Part shown: positions 25,740-39,568 of the stretch, one piece after another | Numbering within the stretch: position 1 is the stretch's first letter | Layout of the letters: each line of letters opens with the position of its first letter | The notes under the pieces: generated by a model | What the model was told of the DNA's origin: nothing | What the model saw: the letters and a program-made list of their open reading frames with translations, nothing else | The model's database searches: none | Translations under genes and position numbers: made by a program | NCBI GenBank assembly: GCA_951406725.2 | Contig: OX597820.1 | Coordinates: forward strand, 26,164,001 to 26,228,000 | DNA: 64,000 nucleotides | Direction of reading: 5' to 3' | Origin: Octopus vulgaris | Lineage: Eukaryota

Positions 25740-27055
25740 GGTATTATAAGTGATTGGATTGATGTGCTTGATATTTTATTGAATCTTCAGGGCACTGGAA
25801 GGTTGACACTAGTGGAATATTATTAAGTATTGAAAAGCATTTAATCTGATGCACTCCATTATACTACCACTACTACTATTACTACTGATGATGATGGTGG
25901 CAGTGCCAACTGCTGTTTCTACTGATATAAAACCAAAGACACACATGTTGGAAAATTGATTCCAGTATTTGATTTGCTTATTTTATTGGTCTGAGAAGGC
26001 TGATAGGTAGTCTTGACCTTGGGAGGAAGTTGGCCTTAAAAAAAAAATAAAAAAATAATGATAATCCTTTCTACTAAAGGCACAAGGCCTGAAATTTGTG
26101 GGGAGGCGTAAGTTTATTTCATAGACCCCATTGTTTCACTAGTACTTAATTTATTGACCTTGAAAGGATGAAAGGCAAAGTTTACCTCAGCGAGATTTGA
26201 ACACAGAACATAACGATGATGATGATGGTGATGATAATAATAGTAATAATAATAATCCTTTCTACTATAGGCTCATAGCCTGAAGTTTGTGGGGAGGGGA
26301 CCAGTCGATTACATCGACCCCAGTGCTCAACTGGTACTTATTTCACTGACTCCAAAAGGATGAAAGGCAAAATTAACTTTAGTGGCATTTGAACTCTGAG
26401 CATGAAGACAGATTAAATACCACAGGGCATTTGTGTCTGGTATGGTTACAATTCTGCCAGTTCACTGCCTTACAAATAATAATGATAAATATAATTTCTA
26501 TTATATGCACAAGGCCTGAAATTTTGGTTGGTGGGGATCAAGTCAGTTACCTTATGGTACTTATTTCACAGGCCCTAAAGGATGGAAGGCAAAGTCAATC
26601 GTGGCAGTGTTTGAACTTCGAGCATAAAGATGAAATGCCGCTAACCATTTTGCCCGACATGGTAATGATTCTGCCAGCTCACCACCTTAATAATAATAAC
26701 TATGAAATTTTCTTCTTGTTGAGGCACATGGCCAGCAGGATGAAAGGCAAAGTTGGCCTTGATTGGATATGAATTTGTAACAAATATGGAACAAATACTG
26801 CATTTTAGCTTCTGTCGGTCCAGTGCTCCAATTGTTTTTCATCCATCTGAGGGGTTTAATAAAGTACCTGTTTAGTACTGGGGTTGATATAATCAACCGA
26901 CTTTATCCCTTGAAATTGCTCGCCCTGTGTGCAAGTCACCATCATCATTATTTCATGTGAAGGAACAATTGATTAAATCGATGCCAGCACTTGATTGGTT
27001 CTTTAGCTTACTAGGCCTCGTTACCACCAAAGAATGAAAGGCAAAGTTGACCTGA
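25740..27055. mobile_element. cluster of about 6-8 SINE family B copies (mostly minus strand, one plus)
   Basis: aaggatgaaaggcaaag-like cores at about 26165, 26357, 26580, 26738 and 27032; cacaaggcctgaaat-like ends at about 26081, 26273 and 26508; plus-strand copy at about 26790-26935. Copies are separated by (AAT)n/(GAT)n. Confidence 0.9.
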
Positions 27056-27576
27056 CATAGGCACATTATCATAACTAATTAAGTGCAACTTATAATTAAT
27101 TAATTTAGCATTTAATTATTATACTTTAATTTGTTGAATAATTTATCTAATAGCTCTTATTGACCAAGCACAATCTGTAGACAGACATTTTCAGTATTTT
27201 TGACAATTTAATAAGATCAATTAAATTTGCAGGTCTAGAAAAATCTAGCTTAGTTTCTTCTCCATTTTTAGAAAATTATCCCAAACTATTTTATAAATCT
27301 TTTATTCCCGTTGTATGGTCTGCATGATGTTTCATTATAAAGTTTATTGTTATATCTTTGTTTCTTCAGATAATAATTCTTATTAGGATCTATTAAATTT
27401 CTTTTATAAATTCTGTTGTAGCTATTTCAAAATTATTTTATATTTTTTTGTGGGGTTGGGAACAGTTTTCTTTAAATTTACTTTTTGGTCAAGTCTTATT
27501 GCTTTTCTGTTGTTCTTCTCCAATAGCACTATAGTTTGAACACCTCATCATCCTCCCTTCCTCCATCACCTCCTCC

Positions 27577-27949
27577 AATGTCCACCTTTTCTGTGCTTGT
27601 ATTGGCCAGACAGAATTTGTTGATGCCTGTTTTCTTTGATCAGATGCTCTTCCTGTCACCAACCCTCACCTGATTCCAATTGAGGTAATATTTTCCCCCA
27701 TAGCTAGACATGTTTTCTGCAAATGACTGGAATGACAACGATGCTTGTTTACTACCATCATGTGGAGTCTAGACAAGAGAACATATGCACACACGCACAC
27801 TTCTTTCAGTTTCTGCCTACCAATTCCACTCACAAGGCTTTGGTTGTCCCTGGCTATAGTAGAAGGTACTTGCCAAAGATTTCATGCAGTTGGACTGAAC
27901 CCAAGACCACATGGTTTGGCAGCAAGTTTCTTAAGCACACAACCATGCC
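27577..27949 (-). mobile_element. SINE family A, tail type 2
   Basis: aatgtccaccttttc...gatgctcttcctgtcaccaaccctcacc...ttctttcagtttc...gaccacatggtttggcagcaag...aaccatgcc. Confidence 0.85.
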
Positions 27950-28844
27950 AGTGCTTGTGTTTACATATAATTTTTTTAAATTCAAGTCTGCTAATAAATT
28001 TAAAAAGAAAGTAGTTTTCTTAAAAAAATTTTCTTTTAAAAAATTAGAAATATGCCAACATATTGTACATGTTTTATCCAGCAGATGTCTTTTATCTGCA
28101 TTTTGTATTCATGCCAGTGCAGCTTTCCCTCTTACACATGTTGGCTGATATCTTTAATGTCCAGCTATCTTCTCACTTTACTTGCAGCTCTGCTTTTCAC
28201 ACAAACTAATGTAGCCCAAACAGATAATACTTCTCTAATTTCTCTCCAACTTCTGCAAGTCTTCTACATTCAGTGCTTCTTATATATGTTTCATGCAGTC
28301 TACATTTGTATGGAGAAAAGGATCCTTTTATTGTCAACAGAGACAGCATCTTCCTGGATTTCTTGATTTCTTCCAGCCTTTTCTTATTTCTATCTATTTA
28401 TTCTAGGAAGGTGCATTATGTGTCCTCCAACCATGTGTTACATGAATTTCCCCTCCACCCATCAGACTACATCTCATCATGTATTACACGTTTCTACCCC
28501 CCGCACCCCAATACCACTTTGTTGTCTCTCCCCTGCCAACTGTGTCATTGCTACCCTGCTGCTCCACTATATATCCATGTCCACCAGTCTCTGCTTATCG
28601 CTTCTCCTCCCCTCCAGCTCATCACTTAGCTTTCCAATCCTATGTACCACTCCACTTACATTCACCTCCTTGTACATTAAGGGTATGCCCTGGCACATCA
28701 CTACCATCTTCCTCTCCAATTGGGGTAGCCATGTATCTCTTGTACCAGCAAGTCATGTGTTTTTGTTCCTCTTTTGTAGTTTAATCTCTCATTACCTGGC
28801 ACAAAGCTTCTTCCCTCTGTATCTCTCTCTCTCAGTTGAGGGAT

Positions 28845-29040
28845 CTTTGTCTTGCATGTTACTTGGCGACCTCACTGCTGCTGGTGTCACATAAAAAGCA
28901 TCCAGTACACTCTGTAAAGTGGTTGGTATTAGGAGAGGCATCCAGTCAGAAACCATGCCAAAGCTGGCAGTAGAGCTTGACCTCAGTCCTCTTGTCAAAC
29001 CATCCAACCCATTCCAACATGGAGAACGGACATTAAATCG
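28845..29040 (+). mobile_element. SINE family C, preceded by a pyrimidine-rich repeat-like segment from about 28400
   Basis: gtcttgcatgttacttggcgacctcactg...aaagtggttggtattaggagaggcatccag...ccaacccattccaacatggagaacggacattaaa. The same arrangement recurs at 42260-42818. Confidence 0.8.
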
Positions 29041-29684
29041 CAATTGTCTATATATACATCATGTAAATTTTATACAACTGTAATTTTAGAAGCTGTATAT
29101 GGTTAATACATATCTATTTTTATTAGCTTACCATTTTTTAAAAACACATTTTGATCAATATTACAATGATGATGAGGATAATGATATTTATGTACATAGA
29201 TATGCATGATTTGTTGAATTATATTTTCAACAGGTTCCAATGTATTTCAGCATTGTATTTTATCTACAAACTACTGTTCAAAAGGATGACCAAACCTACT
29301 TAATGTAAGAGTCACCCTGGATAAATTTCAGATGTTTATTTGAGAGCTGCAAGATATAAACAAACTTTGCACTTGTTTATATTTTGACATATTTTGTTAC
29401 AAATATGTTATATAAATATTAAGAAATACATGTATGCAATAATATTTATCCATGCATGTAGTTTTTCTTTTCTTTTTTTTTTTAAACTGCAGCATTGAAT
29501 TAATTTTACAAAGCATTCATACCAGATGTTTTCATAAACTTGACTATATTTGAAATTTTCACTATATCAAGGCTGTTTGATTAGGTGATGCAGTACAGGA
29601 ACATCTAAAAGACATATGCAAATTTGCATTTCATTAACATGAAAATTAGACCGAGTAAAATAAAACGAAAAAAGAAATAGCACT

Positions 29685-29686
<2 letters not shown>

Positions 29687-29758
<72 letters not shown>

Positions 29759-29759
29759 C
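29687..29759. repeat. (CT)n(CA)n microsatellite
   Basis: Directly visible. Confidence 0.95.
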
Positions 29760-29939
29760 GTGCACACAGAGAGCGTAAATATTGATAAAGATATGTTTAA
29801 AAAAAGGTAAGTTAATAAAATTAGATATGTATTAAACATAAACACCTTCCAAAATTACAGTCTGATAAGATTTTCATGACATATATATAGACAATGCGAC
29901 AATTGTCAGACTATGAAAGCCACTATTTGCTACTAATAT

Positions 29940-31694
29940 TGTTGTTGATCTCCAGCTTGGCTGTGAGTCATTGAAAATCTGGCCAATACATTACCAAGGC
30001 TGTACAAATTAGCTCCATCAAATGTTTATTTCTTGCGATTGCACAATACTTTGACTTCACAAGCTTCATTACAGAATACAATGACTCAATGTATATGAGG
30101 TGGTTTTTTTTTTTTTTTTTTTTGCGGTGAGATGGTCTCAGTGCAGGAACTTACTTCGAGAACTCAGTTGTAAACCAAGATTTGTGGATCAATTTTTGAC
30201 CCATGTTCTTCGGTTATTCCATTAGTAGTTCCATTTTTACAATTGGAAGATTAGTTGACCATCAGTGACCACATCAATCATGAATGGATTTTTAAGGAAG
30301 GCAAAGAAAGGTCAAAGTCATCAAAACTGTTGAAAGTCCTAATTTGTTCATGTTTTCTTCTAGTTTGTGGTCATCTATTTCAATATACATAATTTTCTTG
30401 CTGAAATTAGGAAAGTGGCTGAACTGTCTTGGCAATATGTCCCTTTGAAAATTTTTTATCTTGTTCTCAAAGCTGAAAATTGTCTGAGTAGTATCAGAAA
30501 CAGTGTTATCCTTCCCATTTGAATGCCAAGTTGAGAATTTGCAGATCATTCATTACTTCGTTTCTCATTTTCCATGTATGGCTAGGTAGAATCCACAGAC
30601 CTGAACACATTATTGGTTGACAGTCACCTAACATTGTAGTAGAGAGAAGCATCACTGGATTTATCTTCAAGCATCAGATATTCATTAAATTTCTGAAACA
30701 TTAGTGAATTTTCCTCTTTAAGCATAGGCAACTGACAATTTCGGAGACAGATTTCATAACACCTTTATACTTACGGTATCTAGCTGTCATATTATTCATG
30801 ATGAATAATGCAATAGAAAGAGAGAAACTGTAGCTAGCAGGGTCACTTTCCATAAGTACCATTAATCCTTAATTTTCCCTACCATGACAGTGCTCTCTCT
30901 TATATAAGTAACATTGATGGCTTTATTCAGTGGAACATCAGCATATTTTTAAAGCTCTGTCCAGCTCATTTTTAATTAGAGAAAGAGAGCATATTTTCAT
31001 TTTGGTTCCCTGCATTTTTCTCTTTACCTAACTCTGTTCCTGTTTAATCTGGAATTTTGCAGTCTTTCAGTTTTGTTGCATACTAGTTCAAAGATTAATT
31101 AAGAGGGTGGGGGAAGAAAAAGCAGGGAATTAGATGTCTGCATATATACATGTGTACATACATGCACATGCACACAATAAAAATATTCAATTAATAAACA
31201 TTTGTACATACAAATAATGTACTTCCATATTTTGCCCACTTCTTTTTGGTATCACTGTATTTTGGATGATTTTGTTGAAATAATCAAATAATCGGCTGTT
31301 ACCCAAAGTTAACCCATGATATCCCTTTACAAGCAGTTTGTTGATGTAACTAATCTTTCCTTTCCTTCATGGTATGTGCAGCCATTTCAGTATGATCTCA
31401 TTGATGATTGTCAAAGTACTGCATTATGTCATGGGTATTTCTGGGTTGGCATCTATTGAAGCTGAATACAAACATACTTTCACTAACCAAAACTAAACTG
31501 TACTGTTCCCATCATCGTATTTCCTTGAATGTGGAATCAGCATACTTGTTGATCTGTTATACAGGAAGTAAATTAAAGCATGAGATCCAAAATGAGGAGA
31601 CCTGATATTGACCAGATTACACCCTGGCTGACTACAAGTGGCTTGCAGGCCAACATCAGCTATGAGGCTTTCATTGACAATTTGGCCACGTTTG
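29940..31694 (-). mobile_element. decayed hAT (Charlie/SPIN, GTF2IRD2/EPM2AIP1-like) DNA transposon
   Basis: Minus-strand motifs in correct order: TFKE..WEQY, ADVPLNKAINVT, VMVGK, FYCIIHHE (HCIIHQE), YYNVR*LS (VRWLS), FSFENKIKNFQRDI..HFP, NPFMIDV, ESLYSVMKLVKSKY..NKHL..PDF (dimerisation domain). Putative 5' end caaacgtggccaaa at 31694. Confidence 0.85.
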
Positions 31695-31839
31695 TTATGT
31701 GTCGTTAGTGTACTTATTAATATTTAATAAATTACAGTGATATAAGGCTGTAACATTAATCATGTCATAAATTAGTACACGTTGTTAGTTAAATACATTC
31801 TAATTTACTTTTAGCAATAAACAATATAAAAGAGGCAAA

Positions 31840-32037
31840 GTTGTGTGCGTGACTGTTTTTATTCTGATACTAGGATAATGGTGTTCTGTGTTGATATCTT
31901 GTAACTTAGTAGTTCAACAGAGATCCGTTAAGTACCTTTCTCAAGGAAAAATTAGCACTTTGGGTCATAGGATCTATTGTAACCCTTCAAAGTAGTGCTT
32001 CAGTATGAATGCAGCCAAATGACTGAAATACATAAGA
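31840..32037 (+). mobile_element. SINE family A tail-1 3' half, degenerate
   Basis: tgtaacttagtagttcaacagaga...aacccttcaaagtagtgcttcagtatg..cagccaaatgactgaaa. Confidence 0.65.
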
Positions 32038-32426
32038 CTATGTGTATGCAAGCGTGCATGCACGCATTGCACACATGTACACATGCATGCACGCATGTGC
32101 ACACATGCACACAGCGATTGTATGTATTGTATGTTTAACGCCCTAAAAATCTTGCTATAATGTGAAATCGCTTAACAAACTTACTTTCCTAATTTTTTTT
32201 TTTATGTTCATTGACTTCCTTGTGAATTTAGGAATCTATGTTTGCAGTGTTGTTGCTTGTTTGTAGTTACATAAAATGATATTCCAACAGAGCACATTTC
32301 CATTTTGGTCTCCTGATTCTCTTCTTGCTTCTCTAGTTGGGATTTTTGCAGTTTTCCAGTTGTGTTGCACTCTAAAGAATTAAGAGAAAATAGAAATTAG
32401 ATATTTGCATATGTATTTGCAAACAT

Positions 32427-32760
32427 AGGTGCAGATGTGGAACATTGGGCAAGTTTCTTTTACTATATCCTTGGACCAACCAATGGACTTGGCTGATAGA
32501 AACTTTGGGTTGGAATATGTTTGTCTCTCCCTGTCTTGACATTACATGATAGCAGTAAATGAGGGTTATTGTCTTTCAAGCAGTGTCAGTCATTTCCAGT
32601 ATTTTGCATAAAGTGTGCTTATCCGTGGGGAAGTATTGTTTAGAAGCAGGTGAGAAATGACAACTGGAAGGGCATCTAGCTGTAGAAAATCTACTTCCAA
32701 CAAATTCCATCTGCCCCAGGCAAGCATGGAAAAGCAGGCATTAAAATGATTATGATGATA
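32427..32760 (+). mobile_element. SINE family A, tail type 2
   Basis: ttgggcaagtttcttttactata...ggaagggcatctagctgtagaaaatc...caagcatggaaaagcaggcattaaaatgat. Confidence 0.8.
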
Positions 32761-33984
32761 ATGTATATATACCCCATATATGCAAATAATGTACATCTAT
32801 ATTGACATAAATGCATAAAACGCACCGATACTCAAATTTATTCCTGTAGGTGTATCACAAGATGGTAATATATAATATTCTCAATGATACTTTATTTACA
32901 AAAGAAATTTTTTTTTAGAAAGAAGCTGAGAAATTTATGTATGGATTTTGGAGAGTTTTTTGGAAGAGAAATACATAATCTCTTGAAAAAATACATAACA
33001 TATCAGTATTTATTGACTGTTGAATAAAGTTTGTTTTGATGTTCTTGGTTTTTATGTGTACATTTATTAAATGGAAGCTTTCTTCAGATGGTATTTTGTA
33101 AATAATGAGTTTACAGCAAAATAAAAAATATTGCACATAACATGATGGTGGTGGTGGTGGTGGAGAATTGTTGTAGAATTAAGGTAGTAAAAAATAAAAC
33201 TGGAACTAGAATCTGAATCTTTTGAACAAGAAAGACTTTATTTTGAAAGCATTTTTGCTTTTAAAAGCATTTGTATTGGGATTTGTCTCTCTTCTCATGA
33301 TTGATGTTACTAAAATATGAATGAAGTGTGCAGAAGATAGTAGAAACCATCAAAATTGCACAGTATTGGAGTCATATGCTAGACCTGCAACTTTTTTTCT
33401 CTAACTATCAAAGTATATAATACAAAATTATTCACATTGATATTGGTTTTTATCATTTTAGCATAAAAGATATTTAACTCATTTTTAAATTTGTGTATTA
33501 ACATTGGTGTTAAGCAGTAATTTTCAAGTTAAAAAACAAAAAAGAAATCGTTTACAAATATTTAGTGAGAATTTATTGCCATTAAACTGCTTATGTGAGA
33601 ATTTAAGATTAATGTTAACTTCTTAAAACAACTAATTTTGTTTGCTACTGAGATGTGTTTCATTAAGAATAGTTAATGTAAGTCTTTAATTAGTATATAA
33701 ATAACAAAGAATATAATACTCTGTGATAATGAAGCAGACATGTAAATGTTATCAAATGTTATTTTGTAAATAACATTTTTTTTTACCCTTCAATGAAAGT
33801 GTAGAATTGTACATAATGTCTAAATAAGGCAGCTATACACAACACCTCATGGAAAAGAGGGAGAGAAGAGCTTTATAAAAATTAAGAGTTGATTTAATTT
33901 TTGATAGTTTTATCAATGAAAATGAGGTGAGATGTGTGTGATAACAGATGGTGGGCCCTCAGCTTTAGCACAACCTGAAGGTCA

Positions 33985-34210
33985 TTCATTGTCAGCATCA
34001 TGTAATGCCCCATTTCCATGCTGGCCTGGGTTGGATTGTTTGACAGGATTTGGCAAGCCCCAGGGCTGTGTTGAGCTCCAATGTCAGCCATTCACATGGT
34101 TTCTATGGCCGGATGCCCTTGCTAATGTTAACCACTTTACAGTGTGAACTGAGTATCTTTTGTTTTTGTATCAGTAGCATTAGTGAGGTCACCAAGTAAC
34201 TTGTAAGACA
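33985..34210 (-). mobile_element. SINE family C
   Basis: tttccatgctggcctgggttgga...gccggatgcccttgctaatgttaaccactttacagtgtg...gtgaggtcaccaagtaacttgtaagac. Confidence 0.8.
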
Positions 34211-35749
34211 CCAATAACAAACACCAATAACAAAAAATAGTACCAATGTCTAATGAAGACAATTTGACTGTTGGAGCTATTTTTAATACAATGAAGTCAA
34301 GGAACATTTAGCTTTCAGGTTGTTTCTCTTGTGAAGCATATACAATATCATTTAAAAGTTGATTTATTTAAGTATTTTTCTTTTTACAACTGTCTGGAAA
34401 AAGTTGTTGTAGAATTATATGTATAATATATAAAATTAAATTTTTCTACAAGTGAAATTTTTGTATGGATTCCACTTACTATTTCTTTCACACACTTTAT
34501 TCATGAGACCAAAATAACCATGCTGATAAGGCGAACTATTTTATTTAGTCCAATAGAAAACCATAATTGATGTACGTGGAGCGTTTTCCTGTGAATATTG
34601 CCACTTTTCATAATGATTAAATTATGAATAAACCATTTTCCAACTCTATATTCTTGTAATCACTCACATTAACACATTTCATTTTCCCCCTTAAATCCAT
34701 GTTGGAGGTAATTTTTTTATATTTATTTCTTCGTTTCTGTTTTTATTTTTAGTCGGTTAACTTTAATAAATGGTTCCAGTAACCATTCATATTTACTTAA
34801 TAGCTTCATTCTTATTTTGTCTGCAAGCATTTCAGCAGTAATTGAACTTCATTTTCTTCTTAGTTTTCAGTTTATATATATATATATATATACACATATA
34901 CATATATAATGGGTGGGGAGGGAGGAAAGTATATTGTGCTGCTTCTCTGTAAATCGCAAAAAAAAAAAGCATACTAAAAAAAAAAAAAAGGCTAATATCC
35001 TTTTCTGTTCTCATTGTGTTTATTAATAGAAAAACTTAAACCATGCTGTTAGGAAGAAAAAGAAAATTCTTTATTTCAACAATAATAATGTATTTTATCT
35101 GATTTATCTCTGTAAATAATTCTTGACTGGAACAAACATGCACATGTATGCACGAGCACATACACACATACACGAATGAAAATATTTAGATTCCAATCAA
35201 ATCCTTGTGACCTTACAATCTTGTCTGTCCTCGTTAAGAAAGTGACAGCTGGCTGAATCAAAGGTATATAAACTTTCTGTTCAATCCCCATTCATAACTT
35301 TGTCCACAAGAAAGACAGAAGACCAGATTATTGCCTATGCAGCAGGTGCACAACAAAAATGACAAGGATTTTATTAACTTGCAGTGGTGGATTCAAATTA
35401 TCCCAAAAGCAAGGCTTAGATAATAGATTTAGCATTCCAAAGAGAGATAATAGATACTTCACATACTGCCTAATGCTCTGAACACAGTGTTATCTATTAA
35501 GGTTGATGGTAAATCTTTTGGTTGAAGGGTTCGGTTAGTACTTAGTCTGGAGGATATGACACAGTTGAGACTGCAGAAGTATTTTAGGGCAATTTTGTTT
35601 AGAAAACTCATTTAGTAGTGATGTTGGTGGTGGCATGTGAAAATCTTCAAAATATTGGTGATTGAAAGCTTGTTTAATTATCATTATTTTGAAGCTACTT
35701 GACTCACTGTTTTCTTAGGCAGATCTGTTGAGTTTTCTTAGATGCAGTT

Positions 35750-35751
<2 letters not shown>

Positions 35752-35800
<49 letters not shown>
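35752..35800. repeat. (TG)n microsatellite
   Basis: Directly visible. Confidence 0.95.
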
Positions 35801-35801
<1 letters not shown>

Positions 35802-37916
35802 GCTTTGTTCTCAATATGTAAGTGGTAGACAGATGTCAGTGACCTTTCACCTTATTGGATAGAGTAGTTCCTAATTTGGGGATAGCTTTGTATATGGTTT
35901 AGTGTCAGAATTAGCTAAAATTTTGACAGTAGACCCAACTTTTTTTTTGTAATATTTCCAATTTATATGTTTATCTTTTGGATCACCCCCCCCCCTCCAT
36001 TTAATCAATGCAAGATTAGAATTTCTTTTTACCCCATTATTGTATAAACAATCTATATCCTGCACTTCGCTCATATTCAACACTCTTTAAAAGCATCCTA
36101 ACTAGTGTCCTTTTGTCATGACCTGGGCTCTGTCATGATATCCATATACCTAACTGTTCTTCAGTTACTTCCCTCTCAAATCTAGTTTCCTTACAATGGT
36201 TTTATTCCTCCGAGAGAAGAGGGGACTGGCATGCATACAATGGAGATGGTTGAGTTTGAACTCTCTTGGGGGATGTTATTCTTGCATCAGAGAGGGTTGA
36301 TATTTTAAATTAGTTCATGAGCACAACAGATCCAAGCAAATGCAGATTTCTAGAAAGTTATACAATTCGGAGTTAGACTGAAATTAAGAATAACAATAAG
36401 ATGGGAAGGGTGGGAAAAAAAAAGAAGAAAAAGATTACAAACAATTATTGATTGCAATTAATGAATATAAGATTTTTACATATTTCTGTTTAAAACCAGT
36501 TTTTAATTATTATTACCATCACTGTTGTTATTATTGTCATTGTCAACTTTTGCCAATATCGTCATCAATGTTACTAAATCTACTTTTCTATGCCAGTATG
36601 AGGTTGGATGAGTCAGCACAATAGCATACATCTTTGCAATATTGCTAATCACTATGGTAATAGGCGTATTTTATATAGCAGTTCTCAGTAATTTATTATT
36701 TCTCTTTTACTTAATTTTGCATTATTTTGTCATAATTTTTAAGGAAGCATTTTGCTGTTTGTTTAAAAAATTCTTGTTGACAAAATGTAATGCACACTAA
36801 TTTGACAATAAACATGCATTTGGTGAGATGAAAGATCCCCTCCTCTTTCCCACCTCCTATGCAAATCCTACTTGATATATTCCTTTTAATTGTCATATTT
36901 TCACAAAGTTTTTATTGGAAATGAGTCAGTATCTTTTATACTATATCAACCTGAATAAACCAATTGCTAAGTGTATATACAGAGAATCCTGTAGAAAGAA
37001 AAAAAAAGAAATCATTGCTGTTTTTCTTCCAAGTTAAAGGGGAGAAAAATAAAATAAACTAATTTGAATTAGTCTTTGTCAGAAAGCCGTTTGGGAATTT
37101 TTCTTACTATTTCTTACATAGACTTGCTTATCTAAAATATTTGTATGCATTGTTTAACCTCTCGGAGACCAAACTTGCAGCTGATCGAATTTCTATCTGT
37201 TTAATATTTATAACAGTAAGTTACAAGCATCTTGGCCAGTATAGTAACAGAGATCTGAAATCTTGTCATATCCATTATTAATTAATGTGCTTCCTAAAGG
37301 TGCATTCTCCTCTTCTGTGGTAGGTGAGCAGCATTTGGAACAACATACAACTAACTGAATTTCATATTCAGTTGTAGCATTTGATATATCATATCCAAAT
37401 TTACAGAACTAAATAACTCATACTTACACAAGAGAAGAGGTAATTTAAAATGCTGGTTTGTTACTACATCGGTAGTATACATTTGAAAATACGAATGACC
37501 ACACTAATTGTATAAGTTTCCATATTTTTAATTACCCAGAGTATTTGCATTTACATATGTGCAACAGTTATTTGAATATAACATCATACAAGAAATATTG
37601 AATGTGATAGTAACAAGTCTTCATTGCTTAAACATTTAAATTATTTATATGAAATTCTTCATGATTACTAAAGACCAATGAAGTAGAAAAAAAATGAGGA
37701 CATCTTATCAAAAATCTGACTGAGTTCTGTGTAGCACCTGAGACTTTTCTGGTTTGGAATCCAATATTTCAGTATTTATAACATTCTGTCAAACTTCCAA
37801 AACTTTTTGGAACTACTTGGCGGGAAAATTTATAAAACTTACTTTCAAGTCTACCACTATTTGGTTATGCACCATCCAGTGCACTGTTTTCTATCTCTTT
37901 TATAAAGTCTTACCTG

Positions 37917-38282
37917 TCTCTTTTACTCTTTTGTTTCAGTCATTTGACTGTGACCATGCTGGAGCACCGCCTTTAGTTGAGTAAATTCATTAGTACTTAT
38001 TCTATCGGTCTCTTTTGCTGAACCGCTAAATTATGGGGATGTAAACACACCAGCATCGGTTGTCAAGCAATGTTGGGAGGACAAACACAGACACACAAAC
38101 ATATACACACACATATATATATATACTATGGACTTCTTTCAGTTTCCGTCTACCAAATCCACTCACAAGTCTTTGGTCAGCCTGAGGCTATAGTAGAAGA
38201 CACTTGCCCAAGGTGCCACGCAGTGGGACTGAACCTGGAACCATGTGGTTCGTAAGCAAGCTACTTACCACACAGCCACTCC
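37917..38282 (-). mobile_element. SINE family A, tail type 1, best-preserved copy
   Basis: Minus strand starts ggagtggctgtgtggtaag (A-box-like), contains ggttcagtccc (B-box-like) and ends ggtgctccagcatggtcacagtcaaatgactgaaacaaaagagtaaaaga. CpGs are retained. Confidence 0.92.
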
Positions 38283-39494
38283 ATCTACTTGTTCACTGGT
38301 CAGATCTAGGATGAATTTTTCTACTGCTGTTATCAGATAATAATTTCTTACCCCGGTTTTGCATTATTGCATTATACAATACCAGAAATTGAAAATGCTT
38401 TCAGATTTCACTCATTCCCCTATTTTGTCATTCTTTTCCCCCCCAACAAATTTACTATATGATGCCTCACTGTTCTCATAGGGCAACTTAATCTTTCTTC
38501 CATCTACAGTTGATAAAGTAACAACTAATAATCCTACAAAGGCTAATTTTTAATTTATAAACGACACTCATTCCTATCAAGAAAAGTGGAGTTTACTTTC
38601 TGTTTCATCAAATCTCAGTAGCTAGATTTTTCCATCATTAACTATGTTATCTTCACACCATCCCATACATTTTCTAACATTCATTGCTTTTATAATGAGA
38701 CACTTAAGGAAATAAAATCTGCCCCAAACTGAAATAGTCCTTTCTTTTCTTGAGATTAGCATCTATCATTTCATTGCACTTTACCTCTGGATTTTGTTTT
38801 CATTACACCTGCCATTGCTGCACATTCTTAATTGTCTGTGGTTTTATAGTATATGATGTAATTAATTCGGTGCACAAACTTCTAAGAAAGATAATTGGCT
38901 TGGAGCTTTATGCGTTGTTTTATAGTTAAAACTCCAGATTTCAACAAATTATCATTTCATTCCTCCAATGTCCATGAAATAAATAGATAAATATCATAGT
39001 GAGAGTAAATGTATACGGAATGGATAGCGTATATCAGTAAATAAGCGATTCATGTATGAGCTACTAATATTCTACCATAGTTTTTTTTTTTTTTTTTTAA
39101 TAGCAGTCCAACTCAAAAAGGTTGCAGCACTTTTAAATCAAACACTTTGCAATTAAAAGTGGTGCACTTGCTCTAAAGATCTGCACCATGCTATATTGCC
39201 TTACAGCTTGGGGAACAGAACTAGTAAGAGTGAGATGTCTTGACTGTGGCTGCAGCACAAGTCTCATTTATGAGGTTGATTCTTTTTTGGCCAGCAGCCC
39301 AACGCTAGTGATGCAGCTACTGTGACTTTGTAAAAGGTTAAAATCTTTAATTATAAAATAAGTTAGCTCTTGTAATAATGATGATAATAATAATCCAAAA
39401 TCAAATGGAAATTTTACCTCAGAATCCTTAGAAATTCTAATACCTTACTCTATTATTAACTGTTTTAAAATTAAAAACATGCCAGTTAAATGGA

Positions 39495-39503
39495 CTCACT
39501 CAC

Positions 39504-39564
<61 letters not shown>
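39495..39564. repeat. (CTCA)n(CT)n microsatellite
   Basis: Directly visible. Confidence 0.95.

Positions 39565-39568
<4 letters not shown>

Noticed and set aside
26060-26770. Regularly recurring motif superficially like a CRISPR array or satellite
   Set aside because: Units are 150-220-bp SINE copies also found dispersed (44795, 62520). No unique spacers and no cas genes; eukaryotic context.
28273-28894. Several overlapping 100-158 aa ORFs
   Set aside because: Pyrimidine-rich repeat-derived sequence with few stops; no recognisable domain.
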